From NCBI GenBank assembly GCA_965205015.1, contig OZ242029.1:5152001-5216000 (forward strand): a stretch of DNA of 64,000 nucleotides, written 5' to 3'. This DNA comes from Candidatus Poribacteria bacterium (GTDB lineage: Bacteria > Poribacteria > WGA-4E > WGA-3G). Position numbers and translations under genes: made by a program. Each line of letters starts with the position of its first letter. Positions within the stretch are counted from its first letter, which is position 1. The notes beneath the pieces were generated by a model, which saw nothing but the letters and a program-made list of their open reading frames with translations, had not been told where the DNA came from and did not search any database. Positions 62,294 through 64,000 of this stretch are shown piece after piece.

Positions 62294-63118
62294 ATGGAGC
62301 AGCAGCCCACTATATACGAAGCCCCGGGTGGTTTCCGTGATTTGGTTAAGATCCGGTTGCACAACGTGCTTTCCGAGATAGGACACGCCTTTACGCTCTT
62401 TTTTCAAACCCTTATCCAAATTTTTCGTCCTCCCTTTCAGTTTGATCTGTTAGTTAAGCAGTTGTTGTTGATCGGCTTCAATTCTTTAGCGGTTGTTATT
62501 GTCTCTGGGTTTTTCACGGGAATGGTGTTGGGCGTTCAGGGATATATTCAACTCAAACCTTATGCGGTGGAAGGCTCGGTGGCGAGATTTGTCTGTGTCT
62601 CAGTCGTGAAGGAACTCGGGCCAATGATTACTGCGTTTGTGCTTGCCGGACGTATCGGTGCCTCAATTACTGCTGAACTTTCAACGATGAAGGTTACGGA
62701 GCAAATTGACGCACTTGAAGTGATGGGCACAAATCCTGTCAAATATCTGGTTGTGCCGCGGTTTCTCGCCTGTTCTATGATGTTGCCGACGCTTACGATC
62801 TATTCGACGTTTGCGGGCATTGCTGGCGGTTTCGTCGCTGTTGTTACGCTATTTGATGTAAATGGTTCCTTCTTTCTCTTGGAAGTACAGAAGAATCTTT
62901 TTGTCGGAAGTGTTCTGATTAGTTTGATTAAAGCGACTTCCTTCGGAATGGCGATTGCTGCGGTCGGTTGCTACAAGGGCTTTAGTATCTCGACGGCGGG
63001 TGGAGCAGAGGGGGTTGGAATTGCTACAACTGGCTCTGCTGTAATCTCTCTTATTGCAATTCTCGTTTTAGATTTTGTCTTGAATCATATACTCTTTAAC
63101 ATTTTGGGGTTGGTATAA
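62294..63118 (+). CDS. mlaE: MlaE-family ABC permease
   Basis: KELGPMITAFVLAGRIGASITAELSTMKVTEQIDALEVMG.NP..YLVVPR. Confidence 0.95.
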   Translation: MEQQPTIYEAPGGFRDLVKIRLHNVLSEIGHAFTLFFQTLIQIFRPPFQFDLLVKQLLLIGFNSLAVVIVSGFFTGMVLGVQGYIQLKPYAVEGSVARFVCVSVVKELGPMITAFVLAGRIGASITAELSTMKVTEQIDALEVMGTNPVKYLVVPRFLACSMMLPTLTIYSTFAGIAGGFVAVVTLFDVNGSFFLLEVQKNLFVGSVLISLIKATSFGMAIAAVGCYKGFSISTAGGAEGVGIATTGSAVISLIAILVLDFVLNHILFNILGLV

Positions 63119-63207
63119 TTAGCCGTCAGGCATCAGCCGTCGGTAAAGAGGTTTTCGCCTTATAAAGGTATAAAGGTTTCCTCAATGTATAATAAGAATA
63201 ATAAGAA

Positions 63208-63356
63208 CCGTAGCCTGCAACAATACGCAGAAATACCCAAGCAATACGCAGAAATGCCCAAGCAAAAACACCCCAAGCAAAAACACGCAGGCGGATATGA
63301 GCAACGCCCGTCAAAGTCCAAACGCACGCTGTGTCTCCGCAAGGTAAAATTAAAAG
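63208..63356 (+). repeat. Start-codon-abutting dispersed element, copy C (upstream of mlaF), with tandemly amplified loop cassette
   Basis: CCGTAGCCTGCAACAA...GCAGGCGG + 42 nt + CCGCAAGGTAAAATTAAAAG-ATG. Loop contains 21-bp and 15-bp tandem units. Confidence 0.8.
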
Positions 63357-64000
63357 ATGATTTCAATTAGGAATATCACAAAAAATTTTGGGGGCAAAAG
63401 CGTTTTAAATGGGTTAAGCCTCGAAATTCCGAGCGGTGAGACGCTTGTGATTATGGGACAGAGTGGGTGTGGTAAGAGTGTACTCCTCAAGATTATTACT
63501 GGATTAATGTCTGCGGATTCCGGTGAAATTTGGTTTGATGGAACGGAAATATCAAGCCTAAAAGGCAAAAAAATAAATAACCTCCGCCGAAGGATTGGAA
63601 TGTTATTTCAATCTGCTGCGCTTTTTGATTCGATGACCGTCGCGGAGAACGTCGCTTTTATGCTCGATCAGCATACAGATCTCAACAAGCGAGAGGTGCG
63701 TAAGGTTGTTGACGAGAAGCTCGGTCTTGTGGATTTAGAAGGGGTCCAAGACTTGCGTCCTGCTGAATTGAGTGGCGGGATGCGAAAACGGGTGGGACTC
63801 GCACGCGCCTTGGCGTTTGATCCAGAGGTTATTCTCTACGATGAACCCACGACCGGGCTTGACCCGGTTACCTGTACCGAAATCAATCAACTTATTCGAG
63901 ATCTCCATGAGAGGTTGCAAGTCACCTCCGTTGTGGTTACACATGATATGCACAGTGCCTTCAGTGTCGCGACCCGAATGGCGATGATTCACGAAGGTCG
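63357..64000 (+). CDS. mlaF: MlaF-like ABC ATP-binding protein (runs off the window end)
   Basis: My translation: MISIRNITKNFGGKSVL...GQSGCGKS (Walker A), FQSAALFDS, LSGGMRKRVGLARA, YDEPTTGLDP, VTHD. Confidence 0.92.
   Translation, partial: MISIRNITKNFGGKSVLNGLSLEIPSGETLVIMGQSGCGKSVLLKIITGLMSADSGEIWFDGTEISSLKGKKINNLRRRIGMLFQSAALFDSMTVAENVAFMLDQHTDLNKREVRKVVDEKLGLVDLEGVQDLRPAELSGGMRKRVGLARALAFDPEVILYDEPTTGLDPVTCTEINQLIRDLHERLQVTSVVVTHDMHSAFSVATRMAMIHEG

Noticed and set aside
63126-63370. Short ORFs between mlaE and mlaF
   Set aside because: They derive from tandem repeats in the intergenic element and have low complexity.

Overview
Bacterial genomic window, most likely from Candidatus Poribacteria or a similar sponge-associated lineage. 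This is an inference from the secreted WD40 and TPR proteins, a lamin-tail protein with a C-terminal W-x-x-L-K motif, DUF6785/6784-like membrane proteins, a PhyH-family dioxygenase and a sulfatase-fold protein. The window opens inside a CRISPR array: 35 complete identical 37-bp repeats plus one truncated repeat fused to an IS3 remnant, with no cas genes in the window. Housekeeping and metabolic genes follow (hflKC, yjjX, thiC, glcB, argH, pyrF, fpr, tyrA-cmk-plsC, ychF, leuB, rpsF-ssb-rpsR-rplI-dnaB, mlaE-mlaF). There are two independent IS4-family insertions, a MazF-type toxin-antitoxin pair, several internally deleted genes (hsdR, Gfo/Idh/MocA copy, Rpn, Gp49/RelE toxin) and many small intergenic repeats/MITEs. 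The most striking unexplained feature is a dispersed ~90-150 nt element present four times. Each copy ends exactly at the start codon of an unrelated gene (hflC, a hypothetical gene, rplI, mlaF) and appears to supply its translation-initiation region. All calls come from reading the sequence and the supplied ORF track; no database search was run.
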